From the NCBI GenBank assembly GCA_963668025.2, contig CAXXTH010000010.1, positions 352,001 through 416,000 on the forward strand: a stretch of 64,000 nucleotides of DNA. The letters run 5' to 3'. The notes below the pieces were generated by a model. The model had not been told where the DNA came from and ran no database searches. It saw only the letters and a list, made by a program, of their open reading frames with translations. Of this stretch, positions 62,954 to 64,000 are shown in pieces. A program made the translations under genes and the position numbers. Source of the DNA: Candidatus Hydrogenedentota bacterium (GTDB lineage: Bacteria > Hydrogenedentota > Hydrogenedentia > Hydrogenedentales > SLHB01). Every line of letters begins with the position of its first letter. Positions within the stretch are counted from its first letter, which is position 1.

Positions 62954-63718
62954 ATGGATACCACGCTGCATCAACTCATCGAGATGACCCACTACTTGGG
63001 CGATCCTAACAAGAATTTCGCCATGCTGGGCGAAGGAAACACATCGGCGCGCATTGACGACGACACGTTCTACGTGAAGGCTTCCGGCACCAGCATGGGA
63101 ACCATCGGCGCGGATGGCTTCATTAAAGTATCTATTTCGAAAGTGGTCCGCATTCTGGATGACCCGAATGCCGGAGATGCCGATGTGACGCGCAATTTCG
63201 AGGAATCCCTTATCGAGCCTGGCGAGACGCGCAGGCCTTCCACCGAGGCGATGCTCCACGCCACTCTGTTGCAAATTCCCGAATACGCTTTTATCGGCCA
63301 TGCGCACCCGGTTTTCACGAATATGCTGATGTCCTCCGTGAAAGCCGAGGAAGCTGCCCAAGGGCGTTTGTTCCCCGACCAGATCGTCTCGATGGGGCCG
63401 CGCTGCGTTTATGTGCCCTATGTGGATCCCGGCCTTGTGCTCGCCCGCGAAGTGAAACGCCGCTTCGAGGCGTTCATTGAAGAAGAAGGGCAACTGCCCT
63501 CGTGCATCCTCATGCAGAACCACGGGCTTATCGCCATGGGCGCGACGCCGAAGGCTGTGCTGAGCTGCATGGAGATGACGGAGAAATCCATGCGGATCAT
63601 GTGGGGCGCGTATGCGGCGGGCGGCCCGAATTTCCTCCCGAAAGAGCAAGTGGACCGCATCTACACGCGGCCCGACGAAGTGTACCGGCTCAAATGCATC
63701 GCAGGCGGGCAAAAATAA
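62954..63718 (+). CDS. Class II aldolase/adducin family protein
   Basis: GEGNTSAR, KASG, PSTEAMLH, HAHP, MQNHGL. Confidence 0.9.
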   Translation: MDTTLHQLIEMTHYLGDPNKNFAMLGEGNTSARIDDDTFYVKASGTSMGTIGADGFIKVSISKVVRILDDPNAGDADVTRNFEESLIEPGETRRPSTEAMLHATLLQIPEYAFIGHAHPVFTNMLMSSVKAEEAAQGRLFPDQIVSMGPRCVYVPYVDPGLVLAREVKRRFEAFIEEEGQLPSCILMQNHGLIAMGATPKAVLSCMEMTEKSMRIMWGAYAAGGPNFLPKEQVDRIYTRPDEVYRLKCIAGGQK

Positions 63719-64000
63719 GTGGAATGGTTTGAACGGGCCGAGAAGCCACTGCTCGCCATAACCGCAGGGGCGATGCTCTTGACTGGTTTGGGGAGTGTGG
63801 CGCTCTTTAACTGGGACGAAGGGCTATTCGCGGAAGGCGCGCGGGAAATGCTCGCGGGCGGCGATTGGATTATCGCCCATGTCAATGGCCATCCCTATTA
63901 TGATAAGCCTATCTTGACGTACTGGCTGCAAGCCGCCAGCGCATGGCTATTCGGAGTCAATGAATTGGCGTTCCGGCTACCGTCCGCGCTGGCGGCCTTC
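63719..64000 (+). CDS. ArnT-like glycosyltransferase family 39, truncated by window edge
   Basis: Manual translation from GTG 63719: ...WDEGLFAEGAREMLAGGDWI..NGHPYYDKPILTYWL...FRLPSAL. Confidence 0.85.
   Translation, partial: MEWFERAEKPLLAITAGAMLLTGLGSVALFNWDEGLFAEGAREMLAGGDWIIAHVNGHPYYDKPILTYWLQAASAWLFGVNELAFRLPSALAAF

Overview
GC-rich bacterial chromosomal window; gene content and repeat style are compatible with a Candidatus Hydrogenedentes/PVC-like organism (inference only). The left part holds siroheme/heme genes (cobA, hemC, sirC), system II cytochrome c biogenesis, a REC-PAS-GGDEF protein, trxA, arfB, a ROK kinase and Lhr helicase. The right part holds 2-oxoacid dehydrogenase E2/E3, three YfhO-like membrane proteins, araB, a class II aldolase and an ArnT-like glycosyltransferase. 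AT-richer accessory genes are interspersed: an acyltransferase, a 43-aa-repeat TPR/DUF2971-like protein, an HExxH protein plus partner gene preceded by a (CT)20 tract, small orphan ORFs, and a Schlafen/AlbA-ParA pair. The 27.7-46.7 kb region is a mobile-element hotspot: a 777-nt internally deleted group II intron inserted exactly in a GTAG-REP, and nested ISAs1, IS66, two ISKra4-like types and an IS1182/IS4-like element with resolvable IRs and TSDs. The most notable pattern is one small DUF6788-like ORF preceded by an ~18-bp palindrome that is shared by unrelated IS families. No rRNA, tRNA or CRISPR array was seen.
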